From assembly GCA_951406725.2 (NCBI GenBank), contig OX597816.1:63612001-63676000 (forward strand): DNA of 64,000 bases, given 5' to 3'. Source of the DNA: Octopus vulgaris (Eukaryota). Numbering within the stretch: position 1 is the first letter of the stretch; every line of letters starts with the position of its first letter. The translations under genes were made by a program, and so were the position numbers. Below, one piece after another: positions 15,462 through 29,567 of the stretch. The notes below the pieces were generated by a model. It was not told where the DNA came from and did no database searches. It worked only from the letters and a program-made list of their open reading frames with translations.

Positions 15462-16729
15462 TCCTTTGTATGACATGACATATACAACACTCTGAGGTCC
15501 TTGTGGCCAATAAGATGATAATTATCATGATTGGTAGCATTGATTGTTGCTGTGGATACGTAAGTTTACAGAGTTCGCGTAGAAGGTGATTTCTTCAAGG
15601 GTTTACATGCCATTATGGTTTACTTTCCTTCTTTTTATTCGCAGCAAAAGGTTTCTGAATATTTGAATATGCCCCTACCCACATACACACAGCCATTAAC
15701 CTGGTGCGGAACAAAATAAAGTTCACAGTAGCCTAAACAGCGTAAACAAACACGCCCCTTTACTATTTTCAAAGACGAAATTACTTAAGAAGACAAAAAA
15801 GAAACAGATAATTTGAAAATTAAACAAATAGACAGGGCTTCGAGCATAAACAATTATGTACAATGAGAAAAAAGAAGCACACAAAGATTAATAGTTTTGA
15901 AAACATTAATTTAAATGAAAAAAAAAAAAAAGAACGCAAAATCATTACATACACTACGAACAATAATACAACAACCGCTGCCGCCACCAGCACTGCCGCC
16001 GCTGCTGCTACTACCACTAGCATCATAGCCACCACCACCGCTACCATCAGCATTTAATCTCTTGCTAACATTGTAGGTCATACGGAACTCTTTCACTTCA
16101 GACAGATCCGGGCAACAAAGAAAGTGTGAAGGCGTTATAACGACAAAGATAAGTGCCTCGTTGCAATGGTCTCTTTCTCTCCACCATCTTGCAGTAACAG
16201 AGAGATAGAGATATACCACTGAAAGATGGCAAGTGTGCTGCTCCAAGTCCTTTATCAATTGTCACCTATCAATGTGTAGAATATCACCAACTTCACAGTC
16301 GTTCGTATTGATAACGAGAACCTGGTGGATCTATCGAGTAATCTAAATTGGAAAAGAAAAGGAATGGTGCTGGTTGAGGATGAGATATAGGTGACGAATT
16401 CACCGAACAAGCAAAATGATTGGCTGTTGAAGAAAACCAAAACCAAACCAGAGACTATATAGAGTACAAGATCTTAACCTGGGCAGAAGCAGTCCCTTGA
16501 GGGCATTGTGAGGTCATAAGAGTAAATAAAATGTTAAGAAATCCCATGTGTCGCGACTGGGTTTTTGAGAGGTAAGGATCTTTGATAGGCTAATATATCT
16601 ACCTAGGTACACTTATTAAACACCTTTAAAAAATTTTTTGTCGGAATTAAACTGTAAATAGAGTGTTGTGTCGTCAGTGGGCAAAAACATGTCTGAGTCA
16701 TGCGTATAACTTCGAAACTATTATTTAAA

Positions 16730-17390
16730 GTGGTAAATGCAATGACTTGACAGAACCGTTAAAGTGTCAGAGAAGAAAGCTTAGCAGTATTTCTTCCGAG
16801 CCTTTACATTCAAGTTCAATTCCAACTGAGGTCAACTTTGGCTTTCTTACTTTCGAAATCGATAAAATAAAGTACTTGGGTACAGGGGTCGATGATATCG
16901 ACTAGCACACTCTGCCCTCAAATTTCCTGTTTTGCGCCGCTCTATATAAGAAGTAGATAATATTGTTGTTATCTCGGAATCTGTCAAAGACGGTAGGGCA
17001 GCAGGATCACAAGAACGTCGGAAAAAGAATGCGAATCGGTGATTCCTTTGACTCTTTATATTCTGATTTCAAATGCCGCCGAGGTCAGCTTTGGCTTTCA
17101 TTCCCCCGGGGCCAATCAAATAAAGTCCAGCTCATGTACTAGGTGGATGATACGGTATACTAGCATTTCGCCAGATTGATTTACTGGCATTTGTGCCTTA
17201 AGGTGAGAGATTGGTCGAATCGTTAAGGCGAATCAAGATGCTTGCTTGACGGCATTTGTTCCACTTCATTACGTCCGGGTTTCTAATAACAGAAATCAAC
17301 TTTATCAGTCAAACAGTAGGGTCATATATTCGACCATCTCCAGTTGCAGCTAAATTTCTGGTCTTGGCCTTGTACCTACATTAGAAGCAA
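16730..17390 (+). mobile_element. Three old SINE family B copies in tandem
   Basis: Diverged GAGTTCAAAT..GCCGAGGTCAACTTTG cores at about 16815, 17065 and 17280. Confidence 0.65.
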
Positions 17391-17681
17391 AATTTATTAG
17401 AAGTGGTACTAGTAGTAGTAGCACTAGTAGCAGTAGCTTCATTTAATTATATTTACAAATAACGATTATTTGTTGTTACCCACCAAATTGGATATAATGA
17501 TGATGCCGGCTACAGCGTTGATGATATCGTTGACGACGATAATTATAACGATACCGGTAATAATACATAAGAATACTACTAAATCACTTCATTGGATAGT
17601 GTTATTGACACTAATGAAAGCCATTTATTCTTATCAACGTAACTGCACTAATATTAATAACAACAACAGTAATAGATAAAT

Positions 17682-17734
<53 letters not shown>

Positions 17735-18052
17735 ATGTTCGGAAAGAGAAACAAGCCTTCGGTTTTGGTTCAAGATAATTATATACATGCATGTATATAT
17801 ATATAATATATATGTCAATAAGTATATATATAATATATATGTATATATATATATGTATGCATATATATATATATATATATGCAAACACACACACGCGCAT
17901 ATATATATATATGCACAAATATATACACATATATATATACACACACCCCCATATATATGTACATACATATGTATATACATACATATATATATATATATAC
18001 ATACATACATACATACATATATATATATAGATATAAATATACACGCATATAT

Positions 18053-18115
<63 letters not shown>

Positions 18116-18519
18116 TATATAGACATATATATACACGCATATATATATATATCTGTATATGTGTGCGTACATTTATATATATTTGTATCTATCTTTCTCT
18201 CTCTCTCTCTATATATATATATACACCTACATGCATACACATATTCATGTGTTATGTATTTATACACATGTAGACACACAAAACGTCCCTCACCCTCCTG
18301 TTGTTGCCTCATCTCGATACACTGTTTATGATACAGCTTATAATTAAGATTAATAACTTCTATGATCGTCTGAACGGTGCCAAACTACCATCATCTATTA
18401 TCGCTTAAGTTAGCTTAGTCTAGGAGAGGCGATAGAATGAGGAGGAGGAAGAGAAGGAGAACATATATGAAGTGGGAGGTAGCTGATAAGATGGAATGAA
18501 AGAGAGAGTAAACCTAATG

Positions 18520-18571
<52 letters not shown>

Positions 18572-18612
18572 TGATGATCATGATGATGATGGTGATGATG
18601 ATAATAATAATC
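17682..18612. repeat. Microsatellites (TAC)n, (TA/CA)n, (AAT/GAT)n
   Basis: Directly visible. Confidence 0.9.
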
Positions 18613-18841
18613 TTAATATAATAAGGGTAATGGTAAAGGGAAGGAGAGAAAATCGAAGACTCTACAAAGTCAACCAATGTTAAATATGTCACACTGAATT
18701 CTACGAAGGATGGAGAAAAACAAGCACTACTGTCATGGTAACCGTGACTCAAAGAACATACGTAAACCCTTCCCCTCCACCATACACACGCGTGCACGAG
18801 TATATAGGCGTGTACACACTAACACAAACTAATACATACAT

Positions 18842-19052
18842 ACTCCTTTAGTTGTTTCAGTCATTTGACTGCGGCCATGCTGCAGCACTGCCTTTAGTCG
18901 AGCAAATTGACTTCAGGACTTATTCTTTGTAAGCCTAGTACTTATTCTATCGGACACTTTTGCCGAACCGCCAAGTTACGGGGACGTAAACACACCAGCA
19001 TTGGTTATCAAGCAATATTGAGGGGACAAACACAGACACACAAACACACACA

Positions 19053-19142
<90 letters not shown>

Positions 19143-19300
19143 TACGACGGGCTACTTTCAGTTTCAGTCTACTAAATCCACTCACAAGACTTTGGTCGGC
19201 CCGAGGCTATAGTAGAAGACACTTGCCTAAGGTGCCACGCAGTGTGACTGAACCCGGAACCATGTGGTTGGTAAGCAAGCTACTTACCACACAGCCACTC
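18842..19300 (-). mobile_element. SINE family A
   Basis: Family match with an expanded internal (CA)n(TA)n tract. Confidence 0.88.
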
Positions 19301-19594
19301 ATACATACATACACATACATACATACATACATACATACATACATACATACATACATACGCGCATAGGCGTTTCCTTTGTCTCTATGCATCTCTCTTTGTA
19401 GCTTTCTCTCATGCATCCAGGCACAGTCAAATAAAGGAAACCACATTTAAGAATAATGGGGTATCTCTTTGTGTAAGGGTCTCACTTACGTACAGTGGCC
19501 CGGTGAAAGACTTCGATAAACTGACATTTTCTATATACTTATAAGGAGTGTTTAAAAGCTAAAATCGGGAAGGAAAGGTAACTTCGATAACATT

Positions 19595-20303
19595 AGTTTC
19601 AAATTTTGGAACAAGGCCAAATGGTTAAGTCAATTGCATCGACCCTAATGCTCGACTGGTACTTAATCTTATATCATTTGCCATAAAGGCAGTGCACAGG
19701 TATGTAGCTTTGCGGGCTGAACGAGACATTAATGATGCGAATGATAATAATACAAGATGATAAAGATGGGAGAAGACAGAAAACGCCCGCCGACCCTCTG
19801 ATTCTCTTAATGCTCGACTGGTAATTAACAACCTCGAAAGGATGAAAAGTAAAGTTGATCTCGGCGGATTTTGAAGTCAGAAAGAAGATAAAGAAGGACA
19901 AAATATTACTAAGCATTTCATCCGGCGTGCTAGCGATTCTGCTAGCTCGTCACTCTGATAACTTCCATAACAATGGTTTCAAATTTTAGCACAAGACCAG
20001 TAAATTCGGAGAAGGGTTAAGTCGTTTACATAGACTCCTGGGTCCTGCTAGTACTTATTTTATCGACCCTGCCACCTAAAGATGAAGGGTAAACTTTTTT
20101 TTTACTCTTTTCACCTGTTTCAGTCTTTTGACTGTGGCCATGATGGAGCACCGCCTATTAGTCTAGCAAATCCACCCCAGGACATATTCTTTGGTCGGCC
20201 CGAGGCTATAGTAGAAGACACATGTCCAAGGTGCCACGCAATGCGACTGAATCCGGAACCATGTGGTTCGTAAGCAAGCTAATTACCACACAGCCACTCC
20301 TGC
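19595..20303 (-). mobile_element. Old SINE B pieces followed by an internally deleted SINE A (20100-20303)
   Basis: Family B core at 19815-19950; the family A copy jumps from TATTCTTT to GGTCGGCCCGAGG. Confidence 0.7.
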
Positions 20304-20888
20304 ATGTATGTATGTATATGACGCACCACTTGCGAACTTCTTTGTCCTAAAAATCGAAACAGTTACTTCTTTAGTGTGTTGATTAAAGGTAAATATCCCG
20401 TTTGTTATATTCCTTATTGTTGTCTCAGTCGGTACCTTCCCGCAACCACCTATTCATGTAGAATTCTTGAGCTTATATCATTAAATACAAAATCTTCTAA
20501 AGCTGTAGAGTCGATTCGCTATTTTAATAGCTCTTCAGAAATATTGGAAAAAAAAAGTGATTTAATGTCAATTTGTTTATAGTAAAAACATTAGCGCAAA
20601 TGAAAAACACATAAGCAACTGATAAGAAAAACGTGGCCACCTCTCCTGTCTTCTATTTTCTTAACTGTTTTTTTTTATATTATGTTACTTTTGTGATTTT
20701 CTTACCGATATTTTTGTTGCCTTTTTGAATATAACTACAATGACACTAAGTATATTCTCAGTATTTTTCAAGAGTTTACTGCCCGTAAGATATTGTTGAT
20801 TATTTACTCATACACGCACGCACACATACATACATACGAACGCACGCATGCGCTCATCATAACAGACCGATAGTTTAAACACGCCAAC

Positions 20889-20973
<85 letters not shown>

Positions 20974-21748
20974 TATACTTTATTTAAAAGCAGCAGAAAA
21001 TTCACTGTGTTTTGTGATAGGATTGTATTTTGAATTCCAAGAATAATGCACCCCATGAGTTTCTCTACTGTTTTCGTCTGTCAAACCTTACTGACAAGAC
21101 ACGCGTCACTCCGAAGCTATAGAAAATGATATTTAGCCACGATTCCCCGCACTGTGATCGAATCCAGCATATCATGCTCTTGAAGCGAACTTCATAACAC
21201 TTTTCCCATTCAGAAATACTGTACCCCACTACACACACACACACAAACACACCACACACCCACGTATCTGTATGTATATGTAATTCAATATTTTAATGAA
21301 GGGAAGAAATTTCGAGCCTTTCAGTATCTGACAGTAGTCACCCTGATGGCACAGTTGGAGTTGATCAAGTTTTGGCTTGCATCCTAACGGCAACAAGGCA
21401 CAGTTCTTCCTTTACAAATCTCATGATAGCTTTTACCATGGTTTCGTTGGTGGGAAATATGCAAAAGGTCGCCAAACAAAACCCACCTTGCTTACTTCAG
21501 TTGGTTTGCAATGAGTCAGCCATCATTGGCTACTGCTCTACCCGTCAGTATAGAAACAGTTGTTTCCGAAACAAATGTTCAAAATGCTTTCTTTCTTATT
21601 GGGTTTACAAACTAGATTCACATTCGCTAGGCGGCTAACCTCTATAATAACAGTACATATATGATTTCATGCATCTCCGTACGTATGCATGTATATATGT
21701 TTGTATCTATTCATGTATGCATGCAATATATATATATATATATATATA

Positions 21749-22302
21749 TACACTACATATGTAGAAAGTCGGTGTGTGTTTGTGGCGTTGTTATCTAACT
21801 CCTTCTTCATAATTTTATTGATTTTGATGAAACTTGGCACATGAGTAGAACTTATGTCTGGAAACCTTATGACATGCTTAGATTGTTGAAAATATCGGTA
21901 ATACGTCCCCTGGAAGGGATCTTTATATCTACCCCATATAACTAATTCGTTTTTTTAAACACCCATGGGAAATAGCCCATAGCCCCTGCATAATATATAT
22001 TTTTTTAAAACAGACATGAGAAATAATACATAGCACCTACACTTTATTTGAATTCTTAATATCGGGTAATTAATTTCATGTCATTACATAACCGACTTCA
22101 CAATTTGGGTATTCATAATTTATTGAAAATTCCTAAAAAACAAAATCCTGTGTAAGACAGTTCGGTATTCTCAATAAATGCACAAAAACCGTTTTAAGGG
22201 CTACATACTTTGCATTGTTGTTACTGGATAAGCGAAACAATTATGAGAACAGAACCAGGGGATAAGCCCCACTTTCCCGAGAATTACCGGGTACATCATC
22301 TA

Positions 22303-22303
<1 letters not shown>
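21749..22303 (+). mobile_element. Non-autonomous Helitron-like element
   Basis: 3' end CCCGAGAATTACCGGG hairpin, then ..CTAG|T; 5' part has GATTTTGATGAAACTTGG; inserted in (TA)n; no TSD. Confidence 0.6.
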
Positions 22304-22372
<69 letters not shown>

Positions 22373-22429
22373 GAGTTAAGTTAGAGATTATACCAACAGT
22401 CTAATGTATACACATATCCAATGAATAAA

Positions 22430-23345
22430 CTGAAGTTTATCTCCATTTAAGGAAAACAGAAAATGGAGGTAAGATTGATAAATAATAATTGATTTACACC
22501 AATTATCATTTATTAATTAATTACAAAAAGACAAAATCTCATGTTACAGATGTTTCCGTTAGCCCCATTCCCAGGCTTAACCACCACAATAATAATAATA
22601 GTTATCATTGTAAGTAATTAATTATACCAATTTGAATAGCGGAGTTTCATCAGAGCGGAAAGGTAAAGAAAAATATATATATAAAAATAAAGGACAAGGA
22701 GAAAGCGAGAAAAAGACGATATGTCAATTCATGTTACATGTTGTCCCTCTGGGAAACTTTCGACCGACTAGAATTTAGTAATAGAATTGGGATAATTAAT
22801 AATACTTAGTGGTACATTCCGATATATGGAGGAAGGCTACTGCCGTCAAGGGTTAAATATTTAATAGCTCTACGAGCAATTTGGTTAGGTCATAAAATAG
22901 AAATAAAAAGTAAAAAGTAGAATTGAAAATACCTGCAGTTATAGAACTAAATAATCATTTATTATTTATCATTGATTACCCGTGTATTTTACCATGTGAA
23001 CAGCGTACCTGAAACAACCCCAGATCAGGAGTAGGAATGGTCTGGATATTAAGAGGATACTATTGGTCTGTTAATTTCAAAAACAAAAGGACTGACATTA
23101 AAAAAAACCGTTAATCGATGGAGCGGAAATGGGTTAACAATGAATATTTGTTGTAAGGAGAATTAGGTCGCTTATATCCATGCACATTGGAAGTGTGTAT
23201 TGTAATAGAGGGACATTTACGAGTATTTGTGGTTAAGGGGAGGCAATAATTGATTTATCAAGTAATATCTAAGCTTACGTATGTATTTCCCGAGCGGTTA
23301 AGAATGTTTAGCCAGTGTTATTTGTGTATTCTATTAAATTACGTA
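22430..23345 (-). mobile_element. Decayed Penelope-like 3' fragment with hammerhead-like remnants
   Basis: Minus strand has CTGATGA (22653-22647) and GAAACATCTGTA (about 22556-22545); coding potential has decayed. Confidence 0.35.
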
Positions 23346-23351
23346 GCATTA

Positions 23352-24215
23352 AATTACTCGTTTCAGCCATGCGGCTGCTTTCATGCTGAAGCACCACCGT
23401 GGTCTTTCTGATTCCCTCAGACTGGGCTGTTTCATAACACCACTCCTATATTTGTCTTCGCCCCAGCTGTTGGCCCATTTGGTGTATAAATGAGTTTGAT
23501 TCCACTGCCCACGACTGCACCTCATGTCGGGCTCTTGTGTCATCCAGTTTTGTGGAGACGAGGATGTCTAGTTCCTTTTTGAAGACATCTACGTCCACCT
23601 TATGCAGATTTCTTAATTTTTGTGGCAGAGATTTGAAGAGCTGTGAGCTTTTGAACCCTAGACTATTGCAGTACCTGGTCCCGAATTTCGATAGAATGGA
23701 TGATACCTTTGGTACAATACCATGGCGACAGTTCTGACATTGGTATAACACTCAATGCCGAAATTCGGTACTAGACCCTCTAGAGTTTTCCGTATGTAGA
23801 TTGTTGCAACTCTCACACATTCTCAGTTTTCTCAGCCTATCCTTGTAGCTCATCCACTGCACTGTTTTAATCATTTTAATATCGTAGCTTTGGACTGCCT
23901 CAAGCTCCGCTGTTAGTTTTGCACTATGTCGTAATCATAACTGGGATCAGTAGTTCAGGCGGCTGAGAAGAAAGGTTCTCCACAGGGTCAACGTAGTTTC
24001 TTGGTCTCTTGTGTTGAAGGACATCAATATCCACCCTGCTTGTTGTCTGCAGTTTGCTGCCATCTTGCTAATGTACATATAAAATGATGCATCATTGCAC
24101 ATACTGATCCCCAAATCATTCACTGCCTTTAGATCTGGGAGTGTAGTGCCTTTGGGTCATGTATTTGCAGGCTGTAGTACATTCCTGAGTTGATAGTGCA
24201 GTGCTTGAAATTTTC
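23352..24215 (-). mobile_element. CR1/L2-group LINE 3' fragment (post-RT region and 3' end), pseudogenised
   Basis: Broken frames give RDQETTLTLWRTFLLSRLNY.SQL, ELEAVQ and RYCNSLGFKSSQLFKSLPQKLRN; the 3' end resembles the SINE A tail. Confidence 0.75.
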
Positions 24216-24284
24216 AAGCATTAAACTTCATGTTGTTTATTTCGGCTCACTTGTATATCAGTCCACTGATATATGTATACATAG

Positions 24285-24410
<126 letters not shown>

Positions 24411-24432
24411 GTATGTATATGTACATATAATA

Positions 24433-24578
24433 TGTGGAAATCCACACCGACATCTGAAACTCGGAGTTTGATCATGGCTACTGAATAATTGTCACATATT
24501 ACATTTACACATAAATTCCTCTATTTACATAATATCGAGGACTCTTTCATTCTTTTGTTGTCTTACCATTTCTATCAA
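24433..24578 (+). mobile_element. Probable Penelope-like terminal-repeat remnant between (TA)n tracts
   Basis: GTGGAAATCCAC hairpin, GAAACTCGGAGT and T-rich tail; same setting as the other remnants. Confidence 0.35.
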
Positions 24579-24590
24579 TATATATATATA

Positions 24591-24636
<46 letters not shown>

Positions 24637-24654
24637 CATACATACATACATACA

Positions 24655-24690
<36 letters not shown>

Positions 24691-24691
24691 T

Positions 24692-24729
<38 letters not shown>

Positions 24730-24947
24730 CGCAGATGTACTTGCATAGCAGGTGACCTGATCTGAGATCGTGTGCTAGAATAAAAACAATTGCAGCGTGG
24801 AAGGTGTTTATAAGCCATTTAAGAAACGCACAAAAACCGTTAGATTCTCTTCAACATTTAAATTTTATTTGTCAAAATATTTCCGTTGCTTTGAGACCGC
24901 GACTTGTTCACTGACAAAATTCCGAGCTGCATCCACGCTGCAATTGT
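24730..24947 (-). mobile_element. Penelope-like terminal-repeat remnant with variant hammerhead at 24868-24918
   Basis: Minus strand TTTGTCA-GTGAACA-A-GTCGC(GGTCTCAAA)GCAAC-GGA-AATATT-T-TGACAAA, flanked by (TA)n on both sides. Confidence 0.55.
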
Positions 24948-24948
24948 T

Positions 24949-25500
<552 letters not shown>

Positions 25501-26843
25501 ATATGAGTATGGTCGACATAAGACTTCATATAAATGCACACACTTAAACAGTGACGTGCGTATGGACACATACATACAACATTGTATAAACGTAGGCCTA
25601 CCCATTCATATGAAAATATACCTAAACATTAATACAAAACAGACATGCAACTTCATACAGACGCACAAACATATGCATGTATAGATATTCTCTTTTCCTA
25701 ACGTACACATGTTTGACACTGAGTTATTATTGCTCAGTGATTATCAGCCTACATATTACGGTATAATCTTTACTTTATAGATATAGTTAAGAGGTTATAG
25801 AGGTGTTTGTGTTAAGTAGTATGTCGTTAATAGAGATAAGGAAACCGGCCATGTGTTTCGAAATATATCTCAAGATATCATTAAGTCTTTCACAGGAAAT
25901 CGTAATTGGTTTCTACGAAAAATAAAATGAAAGACAGGAGGTTATCAGTGATAATAATGTGTTCTTTTTTGCTCGTACTCTAATTTTCGACATTATTATA
26001 CGAGATAAGCGAGTGTTTCTTTCTATGGTTGAATGTATAAGGTGTTGCTAGTCTCTCATTTCAATGGTTGTTTAAATGTAGGTCAGGAATTTATTTATAA
26101 ACCTTCCAGAATACACTGTTCTTAAGCAAGGCAATTAACTTTGGCAGTAAAAAAAAATAACCATCGTATAGCTAGTACATAAACCAAAGCACAGCTAACA
26201 CGTTATTCATTTCTCGGTCACCGCTATTTAATTTTTGCGGAGGTGTGGAGTGTCGCAAGGGAAGTAAATCTTGAAGGGAAGACGAGTGGAAAGCGATTTG
26301 CCGGAACCTTTTTGAATAACATAAAAGGACGCTTCAATGTGGTAGTGCCCCGCAAGAAATAGCAGTGAAATATCTTTAAATCACAAGAAACTACTGCTTT
26401 AGGTAACGGAGCAACAATGGCACAACTGAAGCGCCTTTGATCAGAGTTATCTAGTTTTCAGGTTGATCTGAATAGCAGAAGAAGCTTCAATGCGTTGCGT
26501 GTCTTACAAGACATAGCAGCCAACTATTTAAGTCACAACTGTCTAAGACTGTCCTGGGCTTAAACAACAACAAAACAACAACATCCTTAAATGTTACAAT
26601 TCTAATGACAACTTGTGAAGTTCTCAGACTAATTACATTTCTTAAAAGACAACGTATAATGAGAAAATCAGGTGATTTATTTTGATTAATTAGCGCTGTG
26701 AAACAGCAGGACAAGTGCTATTAACCCAAACCACTGTGTTTTCTTTACATATATACATATATACATATATGGTCACAGCCTCAAGGCTGAACCATATAAC
26801 ATAATATATATATGTGTGTGTGTGTGTGTGTATATATGTATGT

Positions 26844-27197
26844 GAGGCGCAATGGTCCAGTGGTTAGAGTAGCGGACTCGCGGTCGTAGGATCGCGGTTT
26901 CGATTCTCAGACCAGGTGTTGTGAGTGTTTATTGAACGAAAACACACCTAAAGTTCCACGAGGCTCCAGCAGCGGGTGATGGCGAACCCTGCTGTACTCT
27001 TTCACCACAATTTTCTCTCATTCTTTCTTCCTGTTTCTGTTGTAACTGTATTTCAAAGGGCCAGCCTTGTCACACTACGTTAAGAGGATACACGTGTCTG
27101 TGGAGTGCTCAGCCACTTGCACGTTAATTTCACGAGCAGGCTGTTCCGTTGATCGGAGTAACTGGAACTCTCGTCGTCGTAACCGACAGTGTACCAA
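26844..27197 (+). mobile_element. SINE, family C head with a different 3' tail
   Basis: GAGGCGCAATGGTCCAGTGGTTAG...GGTTTCGATTC; tail ends CGTCGTCGTAACCGAC.GTGT.CCAAC. Confidence 0.85.
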
Positions 27198-27239
27198 CCA
27201 AGCCATATGTGTGAGTGTGTATATGTGCTTAGTGTTATG

Positions 27240-27950
27240 AAGCGGTGAGCTGGCAGAATCGTTAACGCTTCGAACAAAATGCTTAGCAACATTTCTTCCG
27301 GCTCTCTACGTTTTGAATTCAAATCTCTCCGAGCTCAATTTTGCCATTTATTCTTTTGGGAATAATTAAATAAGTACCAGTTGAACATTGGGGGCGATTT
27401 AACCGACTTCTTCCACTAAAATCTCTGGTCAGGTGCCAAAGTTTGTAAGAATTTTATATTGTGTTATCTAATAACAGAAACGTCAACGAAATTCTACATA
27501 CCTCATTGCTAATGTGACCCAATGAAAATTAAGAAAACCGACCTATGAGGAAGCTGTTTGTAGTTGTTCGATCTTGGTAAAAATAACGGCGCCAAATTTC
27601 CATTAGATCATATCCTAACGTCTTGAATTTAGGAAGATCATATTGGCTAAAGTAGTCTCAGGTTTAGAAAATAACGAACTACCCACCGGTGGAATGCAAT
27701 TTTATTATAGAACAGGCCAGCCATGGTCGTCCTAACAAAAGCAATAACGATCGCAATAAGGCGGCGAGTTGTCAGAATCATTAGCACGCCGGGCAAAAAG
27801 CTATGCGGCATTTCGCCCTTCTTTACGTTCTATATTCCACCGAGGTTGACTTTGCTTTTCATCCTTTCAGGGTCGATAAAATAAGCACGAGTTGAGCAGG
27901 CACTGGGGTCAAAGTAATTTTGCTATCCTTGTGTCAAAATTTTAAATCAA
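27240..27950 (+). mobile_element. Two old SINE B (tail-1) copies, at about 27240-27445 and 27760-27950
   Basis: GCGGTGAGCTGGCAGAATCGTT heads and family core. Confidence 0.75.
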
Positions 27951-28540
27951 TAATTATTTATCTGGACCTAGTCGATTTCCTGACTACAGACTTAAGTCCT
28001 TTATCCATTTAAAACCCTACATTTAAAATAAAATACATTTAGTTCGAATATAAAGTATTTCTGAAAGAATAATTTATCAAGGTTGCCTCTAGTTTTCATT
28101 TTCTGAAAGATAGGTGTTATATTAGGTGTCTGTAAATTTAGTAAACATTTTAAAATTTAGCTACCGTTCTTCGCAAATATAATCTAATAATATTTTATAA
28201 CAACAACCACCCAAAGATATTTATTTGATAAGATTAATATTTCATATTTTGCAAACTCAGTACATACTTTGTATAGTAGACACTAACATGAACGTCTGTA
28301 CATGCACACACACACACACTCACACACAAATATGTTATCCTTTCTACTAGAGAAACAAGGTGTGAGATTTTGTGGTTTAATAGGCAAATCGATTGTATCC
28401 GAAAGGATGAAAGTTAATATCGACCTTGTCGGGATTTGAACTCATAAAGGTAAAGACAAATGAAATGCTGCTAACCATTTTGTTTGACGTCTTAACGATC
28501 CTGCCCGCTCGCCGCTCCCTATATCACTAATATTGATTTA

Positions 28541-28939
28541 TGGCAGCGAGCTGGCAGAAATGTTAGCACGTCGGGCGAGATGCGTAGCAGTATTTCATCT
28601 GCCGTTACGTTCTGAGTTCAAATTCAGCCGAGGTCGACTTTGCCTTTCATCTTTTCGGGGTCGATAAATTAACTACCATTTACGCACTGGGGTCGATGTA
28701 ATCGACTTAATCCGTTTGTCTGTACTTGTTTGTCCCCTCTGTGTTTAGCCCCTTGTGGGTAGTAAAGAAATAGGTATTTCATCTGCCGCTACGTTCTGAG
28801 TTCAAATTCCGCCGAGGTCGACTTTGCCTTTCATCCTTTCGGCGTCGATAAATTAAGTACCATTTACGCACTGGGGTCGATATAATCTGTCCTTGTTTGT
28901 CCCCTCGGTGTTTAGCCCCTTGTGGGTAGTAAAGAAATA
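28541..28939 (+). mobile_element. SINE B (tail-2) dimer with 21-bp TSD
   Basis: TSD TATATCACTAATATTGATTTA at 28520-28540 and 28940-28960; the second unit starts at GGTATTTC. Confidence 0.9.
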
Positions 28940-29567
28940 TATATCACTAATATTGATTTAAAAGTTTGGTACAAGGTCAGCAATATTATGAGAGGGTATA
29001 ACACGATTAAATCGACCCCAGTACCTATTTTATTGACATCAGCGGAACTTGAACTCAAAGCTTTAAAACGGACGAGCAGTTTGCTCGGTGAACTAACGAT
29101 TCTGGTAGCTCGCCGCCCTCGATCTACCACTAATATTGAGCTATTATTGTAGGCCAATGTCTGAGAAAACAAAAACAACCAGCTAATGAAGGTTTTGATT
29201 GTAGATCCACTCAATTATGTTTAATCTGGTGTCAAACAACAACTTTCATTTATTCAAGTCGAGATTTTTTAGTTCCAAATCTTGATTGCACAACCAGAAC
29301 CTACTTAACTTTGATAAAAGACAACGCTAGAATCCGAATAGCAAATTAGCGGACAGGAATATATGTAACTGAAAGAATTAAATAATTCTCTGTCTTACTG
29401 TCTGATAAACTAATCCGTCTATAAAAATGTACTTGATTAAAAACACGGTTTTTATTCATGCCATTTGATAAAAGCTTATTCGCATCTATATAACTTAAAC
29501 TTATCACACGCGTAAACACGTGTACTAATTTCTTAGATATACTTACATATAGCTTCATATATACATA

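Noticed and set aside
16060-16560. Possible LINE ORF2 relics here and at about 52930-53880 and 62760-63040
   Set aside because: Coding-like texture but no clear motif, so not called.
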